A stretch of DNA of 64,000 nucleotides from Octopus vulgaris (Eukaryota), in assembly GCA_951406725.2 (NCBI GenBank), contig OX597840.1:34906001-34970000 (forward strand). The letters run 5' to 3'. Of this stretch, positions 54,640 through 64,000 are shown in pieces (the first letter of the stretch is position 1; every line of letters begins with the position of its first letter). The notes under the pieces are model-generated. The model saw only the letters and a list, made by a program, of their open reading frames with translations. It was not told the origin of the DNA and searched no databases. The position numbers and the translations under genes are program-made.

Positions 54640-57311
54640 TTATATTTGAGAACATATTTATAAACGAACACTGAAGTGCAGAATGAGTTGGTATTTTAGA
54701 AATGAAGGAAATCTCAAACACAGGAGAATAGCCGTGAAAACAGCTCACAGGATTAAGTAAAATACTCTTCTAGACGGAAAAAAAGAGGCCAGCCAACTGC
54801 TAGAGAAAATTAAACACTGCACTTGTCAAATTCTCCCTGTTGGGTCATTTAGCTCAATGGTCAGAGCACTCAGCCAAAATTTGAGAGGTAGAAGAAGTTG
54901 ATTCTTTGTACTGGCAATGCTAACCAATTTTTTCCGTCTCTATGGGTATTTTACCTGATCATCTAAGCTGTTTCCACAGTTATTCTCCTGCATTTGAGAT
55001 TTCCTCCATTACTAAAATATATATTCCTTTCTATTATAGAGGTATTAAGCTACCCTGAGCTTTCTCTTAGGTTATATTAATAATAATAATTGTGTACAGT
55101 GCTCAGGTGCACTACAACTCATCTAAAGTGTATATATAATCAGGTGTAGTTTCGGCGGATTTCGGAAAGTATGAGGGCCTTAAAGGATGCAGTGTCATGG
55201 CAGTCAACAACTGACGCAGGCAGTTTATTCCATGCTCCAGCAACTCTGAGCGTGAAGAAAATGTTTCCGAAAGTCATGGGAGCTGTGTTGCTTTCTGACT
55301 TTGTAGGCATGTCCACGTGTGTTAGACACATGGAGATCAAAAAGGTGTTCAGTGTTGTTGTTGGTGAGGTGGTTGGTAACTTTGTGGGTGTTTACCAAGT
55401 CCGTTGCCAGACGCCGAAGCTTCAGTGAATCCATGCCCAGGGAAACAAGGCACTCAGAATATTGTAGGTATTATTATAGTATATTCTCTACTTAGTTTTG
55501 TTACAGTAATGTAATGCTATTTATTGTGTTTCCTATTGGGAAATAGATTATTTTATTTGGCTTTTTTGAGTAAGGGTGTATATAATGATTGAACGTCACT
55601 TATAACTTAAGTGTTATCATTATACACAAACCCTAACTACAGTATATAACACCAGAGAGAAATATACTTATGGAACGCTATAAATATTAACGACATGTAT
55701 GTATAATATTTTCTTTGTGTTCATTTAACCGCTGTAAGAAAATATTATAATTTAATGATTACAGAAATGCATATTTATTTATACTAAGTTGAAAAAAACG
55801 TGAAGAGAAAACATTTTCTTAATTAGTTTTATTATATAAATATAACATTTTATATTATGTACATGTGAAAGAAAAGATAATTTTTGTCGCGTAGAAGTAC
55901 GACTATATATTTCACTAGCTAATTCATAAATCTAACTAATAGATTAATCAACAATTCAAAACAGACTTGTGATTATTTTCTTTGGACATGGCATGAAAAT
56001 CACCAATGTCTCAAAGGAGTGAGTGTCGTGGAGTTCAGTTACATCCAACAATAATTTTCGTTGTGTAGGAGTACGACTAAACTATTAAAGGCACAAGACC
56101 CTGGTACTTAATTTATCGACCCTGAAAGGATGAAAGGCAAAGTTGACCTTGGTGGAATTTGAACTCAGAATGTAAAGGACGGATGAAATGCTGCAAAGCA
56201 TTGTGTCTGGCAGGGTAATGCTTCTGCCAGTTCACCACATTATTACTAAAATATATATTTATCCCATTTGATGTGGATTAACCCTTCTGTTACCAACCTG
56301 GCTGAAACTGCCTCTGGCTCTGTAGTACAAATGTCTTGTTTCCATAAGTTTTCAATTAAAATCTTCCACCAAACTTTAGTCACAAGTGGTGTCCTTTGTT
56401 TTCAATCTTCCTCAAAAATATGTCCAACTATAGGGAAATATTTACCTTAGTTGGACACAGATGAGGGTTTGTGACAGGAACGGCATCCAACCTTAGAAAA
56501 TTTGTCTCAACAGATTCCATCTGACCCATGCAAACATGAAAATGATGATGATGGTAGACTTACCTCAAAGCGTCTTTTACATTTAAAATGGAACTCCCAA
56601 GTGAAACCAACACTACTTGCTCGACTAGCGCTAGCATACTCATTCAACAGAGCAATTAACAGGGAACAGGCAACCAATTGCTGCAAAGAAAAGGGGGGAA
56701 AAAAAAACAATATTAAATTGGCATACGATAAGATCTAAAGTGATCTAAATTCAAACCTTTGATAAAAATTTCCTGTTCATTTAAGGGCCCAAACCCCATT
56801 TTAATAACAGCAAAGTTATATTACTAAATTCTTCATTATTTCAAAAATTTATCAAAACAAAACGAAGGAAGAATATTTCAAACGAAGTGCAATAACAAAA
56901 AGATTAATGGATTAATGGCCCCTAACCCTTTAGCATTTAAACCGACCATATCTGACCGAAATATTTAACTACTTTAGGTTCAAACCAGCCAGATCTGGAC
57001 TCTTACACCTATCCTACAATGTCATTCTAAAAATAAAGTCACATCATTGAAATCTCAAAGCTACAAGATACTCTCTTTTTACTCCATTTTTACTCTTTTC
57101 ACCTGTTTCAGTCATGTGACTGCGGCCATGCTGGAGCACCGCCTTTAGTTGATCAAATCGACCCCAGGACTTATTCTTTGTAAGCCTAGTACTTATTTTA
57201 TCGGTCTTTTTTTTTGCCGAACCGCTAAGTTACGGGGACGTAAACACACCAGCATCGGTTGTCAAGCAATGCTAAGGGGACAAACACAGATACACAAACA
57301 CACACACATAC

Positions 57312-57357
<46 letters not shown>

Positions 57358-60300
57358 GATGGGCTTCTTTCAATTTCTGTCTACCAAATCCACTCACAAG
57401 GCATTGGTCGGCCCGGGGCTATAGTAGAAGACACTTGCCCAAGGTACCACGCAGTGGGACTGAACCCGGAACCATGTGGTTGGTTAGCAAGCTACTTACC
57501 ACACAGCCACTCCTGCACCTATTTGTATGATTATTTCAAAACAATGTGAATAAATAAGGATTACATTGGACAGAGTAATCCGAATGCTAAGGGGTCAATG
57601 TAAAAGTTAAAGGGTGACAAGGAAACACACACTGAAAGATTAAAAAAAAAAAAAAGGGACAGGAAATCTGTGTCGCTGCAGACTTACCATTGTGACATTG
57701 CCGCTGCTGACGAGACGGGTGACGTCATCAAATAATGACTCGCGGCTTGCTCCCTTCTCGTCGATGGTACCCCTCTTTAAGATGACAGCAACCGTCTGTA
57801 GTATCTGCTCCCTCACGTAACTCTGAAGACTACCGAAATGAGAAGAAAGGAAAAAAAGAAAGAAAAGAACAATAAAAACAAACAACACTCAAAGAACATC
57901 TGCTGCTGTTGTTGTTTAGCCCCAGGTCAGCCTTTCTTGAGTAGATATGTGATCGAAAGATGCTCCAGCATGACTATCCTGTCTTTTGCTTTTCACTTTT
58001 ATATCCAGGACAGTGGGGACCTTGGGCAAGTGTCTTCGACTAGAGGCGTGGTCCAACCAAAGCTTTGTAAGTGAATTTGGTAGAAAGAAACTGAAAGAAG
58101 CCCCATCATATCATTATAATCACCAGCGCCACCTTGACCGGCTTCTGTGCCGGTGGCACGTAAAAAGCACCAACCAATCGTAGCCGTTGCGAACCTTGCC
58201 TGGCACATAAAAAGCACCAACCGATCGTCGCCATTGCCAGACTCATCTGGCACCTGTGCCAGTGGAAAGTGAAAAGCATCAACCGATTGTAGCCATTGCC
58301 AGCCTCGCCTGGCACCTGTGCCGGTGGCACGTAAAAAGCACCAACCAATCGTGGCCGTTGCCAACCTCGCCTGGCACGTAAAAAACCCCAAACGATCGTG
58401 GCTGTTGCCAGCCTCGCCTGGCACCTGTGCTGGTGGCACGTAAAAAGCACCAACCGATCGTGGCCGTTGCCAGCCTCCCCTTGCACCCGTGCCGGTGGAA
58501 CATAAAAAGCACCCACTACACTCACGGAGTGGTTGGCGTTAGGAAGGGCATCCAGCCGTAGAAACATTGCCAGATCAGACTGGGCTTGGTGCAGCCTTCT
58601 GGCTCCCCAGACCCCGATTGAACCGTCCAACCCATGCTAGTGTGGAAAGCGGACGTTAAATGATGATGATGATCCTATAGTGTCTGTTTTCCATGCTGGC
58701 ATGGGTTGGATGGTCTGCCCAGGGCCACTACGTGTGTGTGTGTGTGTGTGTATACGATGGACTTCTTTCAGTTTCCATCTACTAAATCCACTCACAAGAA
58801 TATAGTAGAAGACACTTGCCTGAGTTGCCACACAGTGGGACTGAACCCAGAATCATGTGGTTGGGAAGCAAGCTTCTTACCAGACAGCCAAATTTTAACA
58901 ATAAAATCTTACATGGACCCTTAAGGGTCACTTAGACCCCTGATAGAAACCGCTGCCACAGAGGTTGGCTTAGCAAAATACATTCTATATCAGCCATCAG
59001 GTTGAAAGTAATTGCTTAAAGTAAGATGAAATAACTGGAGGCTGTTGCTGTTTAGCTGTTATTTTCAGCAGGTCAAGTAACCATAGAGGCACCCTTGTTT
59101 ATCTGTATTGTTGGTGGTGATGGTGGTGGTGGTGGCGATAGTGTTTGAGTGTAAAGCAGTGGCTGTTTCTTACCTCACATGTTGAGTGATGAAGCGAAGA
59201 AGGAATGATCTCAAGGACTCTATTTGCTCTGAAGAAAGCAGCAACCACTCGCGAACGACGCCTTCTTTAATTGTTGTGGCTGCTTGGAATAACACATAGT
59301 CACATTGGCAATTTTCTGCAAAGAAAAAAACGGTTATCAAAGGTTAAACACCAAAAACATCAGGTTTGCCATTAATATACCCTTAATACCTTTTTCTTGT
59401 CCAATACCCACCCCTGCCAAATCATGAACCAATCTGTCATCAAAGTTATCCATCCTTATCAAACACGAAATCAACAAGAACCAGTGGAAAAAGCATTCAA
59501 ATCTCCCTCAAATCTCATTTCAACAGTGGATGATAATGTTGTCTTAGATACCTTTCTGAAAAGGCAGGGGGAAAAATTAAGGCCAGCCAACAACCTGTAC
59601 TCCCTCAAAATGATAAAATGAGATAGTCTTTCTAATGTTCGTACCACAAAATCTACTCAGTAGACCTCGGCAAAATGAACTGAGCACATTTAGAAGTCTG
59701 AGGACTATTTTCTCATTATTCCTCAGTGCTTGGTGCCATGTGAAACATACCAAAAGCACTCTGTAAAGTTCTTGGTGCTAAGAAAGGGCAACAGTCATAG
59801 AAAATGAAGCCAAAGGATACATACAGGCATTGGTCTATGAAAGTAGCAGCTCCCAATTGCAGAGGACTCAAGGGTCTTGACGACCTATTCAATCAATACC
59901 AGTATGGAAAGGGGATGATGCTGCTTATGACCAGCCTCTCAGCATTCAGATATTACTCTGTAAAATTTATTCACATTGTTTTGATTTAATCATGCATTAA
60001 CCCTTTCGTTACCAACCTGGCTGAAACCACTTCTGGCTCTGTAGTACAAATGTCTTGTTTTTCATAAGTTTTGATTTAAAATCTTCCACCAAACCTTAGT
60101 CACAATTTATGTTCCTAACACTAGCTTAATGATAAACTAAGTTATTTTACTAAATTCTTTGTTATATTTAAAATAAATTGAAAGAAACACAGAGCATCTC
60201 AACAGAAATATGGTAAGAAAAGGGTTAAAATATATAATAGAGAAACAATTCTTAACCCTTTTGATACCATCCTGCCTGAAACCGTCTCTGGTTCTGTAGT

Positions 60301-61544
60301 ACAAATGTCTTGTTTTCATAAGTTTTGAATTAAAATCTTCCACCAAACCTTAGTCACAATTTATGTTCCTAACACTAGCTGAATGATAACTAAGTTATTT
60401 TACTAAATTCTTTGTTGTATTTAAAATTAATTGAAAGAAACACAGAGCATCTCAACAGAAATATGGTAAGAAAAGGGTTAAAATATATAATAGAGAAACA
60501 ATTCTTAACCCTTTTGATACCATCCTGCCTGAAACCGTCTCTGGTTCTGTAGTACAAATGTCTTGTTTTCATAAGTTCTGAATTAAAATCTTCCACCAAA
60601 CCTTAGTCACAATTTATGTTCCTAACACTAGCGGAATGATAACTAAGTTATTTTACTAAATTCTTTGTTGTATTTAAAATTAATTGAATGAAACAGAACA
60701 TCTCAAAATAAATATGGTAACAAAAGGGTTAAATGTATTTTGAAGATAATGAAGAATTTGGTAAAATTGTCAATGTTGGTGATTGGAACAATACAAAAGT
60801 TTCCAAGTTTTCTTTTACATGAAATCAAAATCACACTTGGTGACTGGCATCTGTTGCTAGTGGAGTGCTAAGAGTACCATACGAGTGAGATTGTTGCCAG
60901 AGCAACAAGCTGGCCTTCGTACCGATGGCATGTTTAAGCACACCATTCGACTGTGATCGTTATCTGCGTCGCCTTACTGGCACTTGTGCTGGTGGCACAT
61001 GAAAAAAAACATTTGAACGAGGTCGTTGCCAGTGCCGCTGGACTGGCTCCTGTGCAGGTGGCACATAAAAAGCACCATTTGAGCATGGCCGTCGCCAGTA
61101 CCACCAAACTGGCCCTCGTGCCGGTGGCATGTAAAAGCACTCACTACAATCTCGGAGTGGTTGGCGTTAGGAAGGGCATCCAGCTGTAGAAATTCTGCCA
61201 GATCAGACTGGAGCCTGGTGCAGCCTCCAGGCTTAACAGTCCCCAGTCAAGCCATCCAACCCATGCCAGCATGGAAAACGAATGTTAAACGATGATGATG
61301 ATGGAACTCAAGACATTTTTTCAGCATCACAAAACTCAAGATTTAAAAATTTTTCACAGCAAAACACAACAAAAACACCACACCTGAACATAGATGCACA
61401 TTTGCACATCAATGAAGCAGACGGAATGCAACACTTACCTAGAATATGCTTGCATGTGGAATAAGGCATTTTGGATTTTCTGAAATCTAGAACAACTTTC
61501 TCTGCAGCCTGTCTTTGTACTGGAGTGACAACATCGGGTGGAGC
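22430..61544 (-). CDS. XPO4: Exportin-4 (importin-beta family nuclear transport receptor), 24 coding exons in window, 5' exon missing
   Basis: join (minus, 5'->3'): 61439-61544, 59174-59315, 57688-57829, 56564-56680, 53855-54011, 52562-52674, 52051-52208, 50854-51028, 48211-48387, 46863-47002, 44838-44992, 42720-42900, 40832-40991, 38361-38530, 36879-37053, 36013-36217, 34046-34134, 32560-32626, 29626-29742, 28209-28312, 26952-27082, 25077-25194, 23858-23950, 22430-22627 = 3390 nt with consistent phases. The translation is colinear with vertebrate XPO4 as I recall it ([76 protein letters not shown]-terminal NVRGILCVK). Confidence 0.96.
22750..23205 (+). mobile_element. CR1-clade LINE 3' end
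   Basis: [13 protein letters not shown]...[35 protein letters not shown] is the CR1 ORF2 C-terminal pattern; (ATT)n tail. Confidence 0.85.
23858..23950 (-). CDS. XPO4: XPO4 exon
   Basis: [31 protein letters not shown]|gtaccg; 93 nt. Confidence 0.91.
25077..25194 (-). CDS. XPO4: XPO4 exon after U12 intron
   Basis: TCCTTAACtcgaatccgtag|[39 protein letters not shown]|gtaaga; 118 nt. Confidence 0.93.
25195..26951 (-). other. U12-type (minor spliceosome) GT-AG intron
   Basis: Donor GTATCCTTT; branch site TCCTTAAC (25207-25214) 12 nt from the 3' end. Confidence 0.92.
26952..27082 (-). CDS. XPO4: XPO4 exon ending at a U12-type donor
   Basis: [44 protein letters not shown]|GTATCCTTT; 131 nt. Confidence 0.93.
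27266..27770. repeat. 21-bp G-rich minisatellite (~24 copies)
   Basis: Unit GTGGGAAG(C/T)GA(G/A)GAGAGTCGG; source of the RRVGWE/VGSEES/FPPDSP ORFs. Confidence 0.95.
28209..28312 (-). CDS. XPO4: XPO4 exon
   Basis: [35 protein letters not shown]|gtttgt; 104 nt; acceptor chosen by frame. Confidence 0.88.
29626..29742 (-). CDS. XPO4: XPO4 exon
   Basis: [38 protein letters not shown]|gtaagt; 117 nt. Confidence 0.93.
29795..30720 (+). mobile_element. RTE-tail retroposon with expanded internal tandem modules (family B)
   Basis: Starts (AAATC)n, has repeated ggcacgtaaaaggcaccattcgagcgtgatcgtt modules, ends ggaagggcatccagc...gacgttaaacgat(gat)n; relatives at 12590-12900, 35340-35930, 41245-41590, 46210-46580, 58120-58672, 60820-61302. 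Confidence 0.75.
32560..32626 (-). CDS. XPO4: XPO4 exon
   Basis: ttttcag|[22 protein letters not shown]|gtaagt; 67 nt. Confidence 0.9.
33412..33900 (-). mobile_element. Non-autonomous Helitron
   Basis: 5' A|TCTCTATATATAAAA; 3' GCAAAGCCGGGCAATACTGCTAG|T. Confidence 0.75.
34046..34134 (-). CDS. XPO4: XPO4 exon
   Basis: [30 protein letters not shown]|gtcagt; 89 nt. Confidence 0.92.
36013..36217 (-). CDS. XPO4: XPO4 exon
   Basis: [68 protein letters not shown]|gtaaga; 205 nt. Confidence 0.93.
36428..36722 (+). mobile_element. tRNA-derived SINE (family D)
   Basis: ggaggcgcaatggcccagtggttagg...gtttcgattccca head; copies at 39670-39955 (-) and 63924-64000 (+, truncated). Confidence 0.8.
36879..37053 (-). 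CDS. XPO4: XPO4 exon
   Basis: [24 protein letters not shown]...AQKDEYWKY|gtgagt; 175 nt. Confidence 0.93.
38361..38530 (-). CDS. XPO4: XPO4 exon
   Basis: [57 protein letters not shown]|gtatgt; 170 nt. Confidence 0.94.
38806..39198 (+). mobile_element. Non-autonomous Helitron
   Basis: A|TCTATATATATAAAAG ... CCCGAGCAACGCCGGG-CGATACTGCTAG|T; a 5' fragment of the same element lies at ~23610-23760. Confidence 0.88.
39528..39582 (+). ncRNA. Hammerhead-like motif (U4C core variant)
   Basis: GUCU-CCGAUGA-A-GGGAUAUU...AAUAUCCU-A-GAAA-CAGCUG-UA-AGAC. Confidence 0.55.
40832..40991 (-). CDS. XPO4: XPO4 exon
   Basis: [53 protein letters not shown]|gtaagt; 160 nt. Confidence 0.94.
42720..42900 (-). CDS. 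XPO4: XPO4 exon
   Basis: [24 protein letters not shown]...[24 protein letters not shown]|gtaagg; 181 nt. Confidence 0.94.
44838..44992 (-). CDS. XPO4: XPO4 exon
   Basis: [14 protein letters not shown]...[13 protein letters not shown]|gtaagg; 155 nt. Confidence 0.93.
45008..45218. repeat. (TAG/CAG)n trinucleotide repeat
   Basis: Source of the poly-L and poly-Y ORFs; intronic. Confidence 0.95.
45420..45670 (+). mobile_element. RTE-clade LINE ORF2 C-terminal fragment (second family)
   Basis: [43 protein letters not shown] (one frameshift), short (CAAGA)n tail. Confidence 0.7.
46863..47002 (-). CDS. XPO4: XPO4 exon
   Basis: [47 protein letters not shown]|gtgagt; 140 nt. Confidence 0.93.
47033..47555. 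repeat. (AAT)n microsatellite, interrupted
   Basis: Long AAT/AGT runs with an ~100-bp insert at 47267-47364. Confidence 0.95.
47560..48045 (-). mobile_element. L1/Tx1-like LINE 3' end
   Basis: VVWWTRLK...[25 protein letters not shown] resembles a Tx1-type ORF2 C-terminus; AATAAA then the (ATT)n tract as tail. Confidence 0.5.
48211..48387 (-). CDS. XPO4: XPO4 exon ending at a GC donor
   Basis: [19 protein letters not shown]...[19 protein letters not shown]|GCAAGT; 177 nt. Confidence 0.9.
49010..49054 (-). ncRNA. Minimal type-I hammerhead ribozyme motif (Penelope-like repeat)
   Basis: UCUGUG-CUGAUGA-A-GGG-aaauaa-CCC-A-GAAA-UCGCGA-UA-CACAGA: 6-bp helix I, intact core, palindromic helix III. 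Confidence 0.65.
49287..49331 (+). ncRNA. Minimal type-I hammerhead ribozyme motif, inverted second copy
   Basis: UCUGUG-CUGAUGA-AGG-gaaauaa-CCU-G-GAAA-UCAUGA-UA-CACAGA. Confidence 0.62.
49789..50300 (+). mobile_element. Head-to-tail dimer of SINE family E
   Basis: Two ~255-bp near-identical copies with tRNA-like head and ctgcgatggactggcgtcccgtccag block, (ATTT)n tails. Confidence 0.85.
50376..50577. mobile_element. Foldback MITE
   Basis: ~85-bp inverted arms GGCGATCTTTCGGTACTAGATA... / ...TATCTAGTACCAAAAGATTGCC around a CCCTAACCCCAACCC loop. Confidence 0.75.
50854..51028 (-). CDS. XPO4: XPO4 exon
   Basis: [23 protein letters not shown]...[15 protein letters not shown]|gtaagt; 175 nt. Confidence 0.93.
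51776..52014 (-). mobile_element. SINE with Meta/MESC-like central domain (family C)
   Basis: gtcgactttgcctttcatcctttcggggtcgataaattaagtaccag block; copies at 28655-28880-, 37960-38177-, 42262-42482+, 62290-62510+. Confidence 0.75.
52051..52208 (-). CDS. XPO4: XPO4 exon
   Basis: [52 protein letters not shown]|gtaagc; 158 nt. Confidence 0.94.
52562..52674 (-). CDS. XPO4: XPO4 exon after U12 intron
   Basis: TTCCTTAATggttcctag|[38 protein letters not shown]|gtaagt; 113 nt; absent from the ORF track. Confidence 0.92.
52675..53854 (-). other. U12-type (minor spliceosome) GT-AG intron
   Basis: Donor GTATCCTTT; branch site TTCCTTAAT (52684-52692) 9 nt from the 3' end; no polypyrimidine tract. Confidence 0.9.
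53855..54011 (-). CDS. XPO4: XPO4 exon ending at a U12-type donor
   Basis: [20 protein letters not shown]...[12 protein letters not shown]|GTATCCTTT; 157 nt. Confidence 0.92.
55075..55462 (-). mobile_element. CR1-clade LINE 3' end
   Basis: [17 protein letters not shown]...[11 protein letters not shown]...[18 protein letters not shown] (frameshifted); (ATT)n tail. Confidence 0.85.
56564..56680 (-). CDS. XPO4: XPO4 exon
   Basis: [39 protein letters not shown]|gtaagt; 117 nt. Confidence 0.93.
57688..57829 (-). CDS. XPO4: XPO4 exon
   Basis: [47 protein letters not shown]|gtaagt; 142 nt. Confidence 0.93.
59174..59315 (-). CDS. XPO4: XPO4 exon
   Basis: cag|[48 protein letters not shown]|gtaaga; 142 nt. 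Confidence 0.93.
59997..60732 (+). mobile_element. piggyBac-type MITE, tandem trimer
   Basis: Three units with 253-bp period, TTAA-CCC...GGG-TTAA ends, identical linker. Confidence 0.82.
61439..61544 (-). CDS. XPO4: XPO4 exon (first in window)
   Basis: tag|[35 protein letters not shown]|gtaagt; 106 nt; absent from the ORF track. Confidence 0.92.
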
Positions 61545-63177
61545 CTAGCAAGAAGAGAGAAAGAACAGACATTCATGATATAGAATATACTAGCTTCTCA
61601 TGTTGGTATATATAATGTGTGTTATTATGTGATGGATCACTACAAGGTCTATCACTCTTTAGCAGTGAGGTGGCTTGTGTGCCTCTATGACCCTGAGAGT
61701 TATACCAGGGGAGTAAAAGTCCCAAAAAGGGTCTCCCATGATGGACAAGTCAAAGTATAGAGGTCAAACTAATATGGACCGCGTCTTTCTAAAAGTAAAA
61801 ATAGGTTTATGTAGGGCCAACTCTCATAGAAAAAAAAGAAGCAAAGTTAAAGAAATCTTGATGACAATGCAAAACCAGCAATCCCTGGTAGAGGAAGGCC
61901 TTCCCTTATGGAAACATGACATACTGCATTCCATGTCAAGCCCTAACATGGGACCCAGAAGGGAAGTTGAAGAGAGGACACCAGAAAGAACGAAAGGCAA
62001 GGTCTGCCTCAGCCTAATTTGAAGTGCCGCTAAGCATTTCGTCCGGCGTGTTAACGATTGTAGAAGCTCACTTCTTTGAGGCAGACAGAAATATTGGTTT
62101 CAAATTTTGGCACAAGGCCAGCAATTTCGAGGGAAGGGCTAAGTCAATAACATCGACCCCGAAAGGACTAAAGGCAAAGTCAACCTCGGCAGAATTTGAA
62201 CTCAGAACGTGAAGACAGACATTTTGCCCGGTGAACAACAGATTCACCCATTTCACTACCTTGAAGCAGACAGAAATATTACAATGTGAAGGCAGCGAAC
62301 TGGTAGAATCATTAGCACACTGGGCGAAATGCTTTGCGGTATTTCGTCAGCCGCTACGTTCTGAGTTCAAATTCAACCGAGGTCGACTTTGCCATTCATC
62401 CTTTCGGGTTCTATTAAATAAGTACCAGTTACGCACTGGGGTCGATGTAATCGACTTAATCCGTTTGTCTTCTCTGTGTTTAGCCCCTTGTGGACAATAA
62501 AGAAATAAGAAATGTTACAATGTAATGAAATGAAAATAGAGAATTATCTTCCTTTACACGATATCGAGAGAGAGAGAAAGAGAGGGGGGGGAAATGAAGG
62601 AGAGACATATCAAGCAATGTAACTTCATTTCAATTTAGATTTGGTAATGAGGTGTTGTCTAGTTCTAGTTTCATTAATGCAGTGGGTTATGTCCCCTTAG
62701 CAACGAAAGACTTTGTTGTTATCTTGTTTCAGTTATTGGATAGCGACCATGTTGGAGCATCATCCTAAAATAACTCCATTGTGTGTGTGTGTGTGCATGT
62801 GTTTGGGTGTGTCTTTATTGTGACATCACATGATAGTTGTAAACGAGAATCATTGTTATACAAGTGCAGTTATTTATCTCCAGTCTCCTGTGAAAAACAT
62901 GTCCAGCCATGGAGGAATATTACCTCACTTGGAAGCAGGGGAGGGTTGGCAACAGGAAGAGCATCCAGCCATGGAAAATCTGCCTCAAGTTTCATCCGAT
63001 CCGTGGAAGCATGGAAAAGTGGATGTTGAAACGGAGACGTTGTGTGGCCCCAGATCAGCCTTTTATTTGAGCAGACCCCATGATCAAGGACTCAAAGACG
63101 TTCCAACCGAAACCACCCCTTGTTAGAACAGACCTACAGCATACATGTAGAGAGAGAGAGAGAGAGAGAGAGCAAAG

Positions 63178-63580
63178 AAGCAAGGATCGTACAGGAACCA
63201 ATCCATGGCCTTCACCAGTGAAGCAACCATACTGCACTGATGATAATGATGACGATGATGATGTTAGATATCTTATCGAAGCAAGGATCATACAGGAACC
63301 AATCCATGGCCTCCACCAGTGAAGCAACCATACTGCACTGATGATGATGATGATGATGATGATGATGTTAGATATCTTATCGAAGCATGGATCATACAGG
63401 AACCAATCCATGGCCTTCACCAGTGAAGCAACCATACTGCACTGATGATGATGACGATGATGATGTTAGATATCTTATCGAAGCAAGGATCATACAGGAA
63501 CCAATCCATGGCCTCCACCAGTGAAGCAACCATACTGCACTGATGATGATGATGATGATGATGTTAGATATCTTATCATC
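63178..63580. repeat. ~100-bp tandem repeat x4 with variable (GAT)n
   Basis: Unit aagcaaggatcatacaggaaccaatccatggccttcaccagtgaagcaaccatactgcac(tga)n-tgttagatatcttatcg. Confidence 0.92.
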
Positions 63581-64000
63581 ATCAAACTAAGACAAATAAA
63601 CTGACAAGGATTTTGAATATGTAACAAAACAAACAGACACTCCCTCGCTTTCTCTCTCTCATTCATTCTTTCTTTCTCTCTCTCTCTCTCCATCTCTCAC
63701 ATACAATCGGCCAATTAATCTGCTTTGCTCTGTTCACGGTGAAGATGAAGGAAGAGAAAGAAACGAAGGACTACTTAAACATCGTTAAGTAGACTTTAAT
63801 CAGATTAAACATATTTAAAGTAACAAACTTTCATATAAAACACACAGTTGTGCTTTTGTTATATTCAATTTACTTGTAGTGTTGCCTTTTTATTATACTT
63901 TTTCTGTCTCTTATTATTATGCGGAGGTGCAATGGCCCAGTGGTTAGGGCAGCGGACTCGCGGTTTTGATTCCCAGTCTGGGCGTTGTGTTTATAGAGCG

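Noticed and set aside
58120-58520. CRISPR-like repeat-spacer appearance (also 29.8-30.6 kb, 35.5-35.9 kb)
   Set aside because: Spacers are related to each other, the arrays are embedded in a retroposon 3' UTR, the context is eukaryotic and there are no cas genes.
63236-63290. CTGATGA in each 100-bp tandem unit (retrozyme candidate)
   Set aside because: The motif arises from the (GAT)n tract; it is followed by GAAG, not GAAA, and no helix I or III can be drawn.
61545-64000. XPO4 first coding exon or promoter
   Set aside because: No ATG exon resembling the XPO4 N-terminus with a phase-0 donor was found; presumed outside the window.

Overview
Eukaryotic, AT-rich, repeat-saturated genomic DNA. 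The SINE/LINE repertoire and giant (TA/CA/TACA)n tracts suggest an octopod cephalopod (inference). The one well-supported gene is exportin-4 (XPO4) on the minus strand. I traced 24 coding exons by hand from 61544 down to the TGA at 22430 (3390 nt, 1129 aa + stop, frame continuous). The short first exon was not found and probably lies beyond the window. Two XPO4 introns have full minor-spliceosome (U12) signatures and one has a GC donor. Nearly all ORFs in the supplied track are microsatellite or SINE artefacts. The rest is a dense mix of tRNA-derived SINEs, RTE/CR1/Tx1 LINE ends, non-autonomous Helitrons, hAT/mariner/piggyBac MITEs and a Tigger-type transposase fossil. The most unexpected signal is a set of minimal type-I hammerhead-ribozyme motifs (CUGANGA...GAAA, palindromic helix III) in several unrelated Penelope-like inverted repeats, one of them in sense orientation inside an XPO4 intron. 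Repeat boundaries are approximate; exon boundaries were read base by base.
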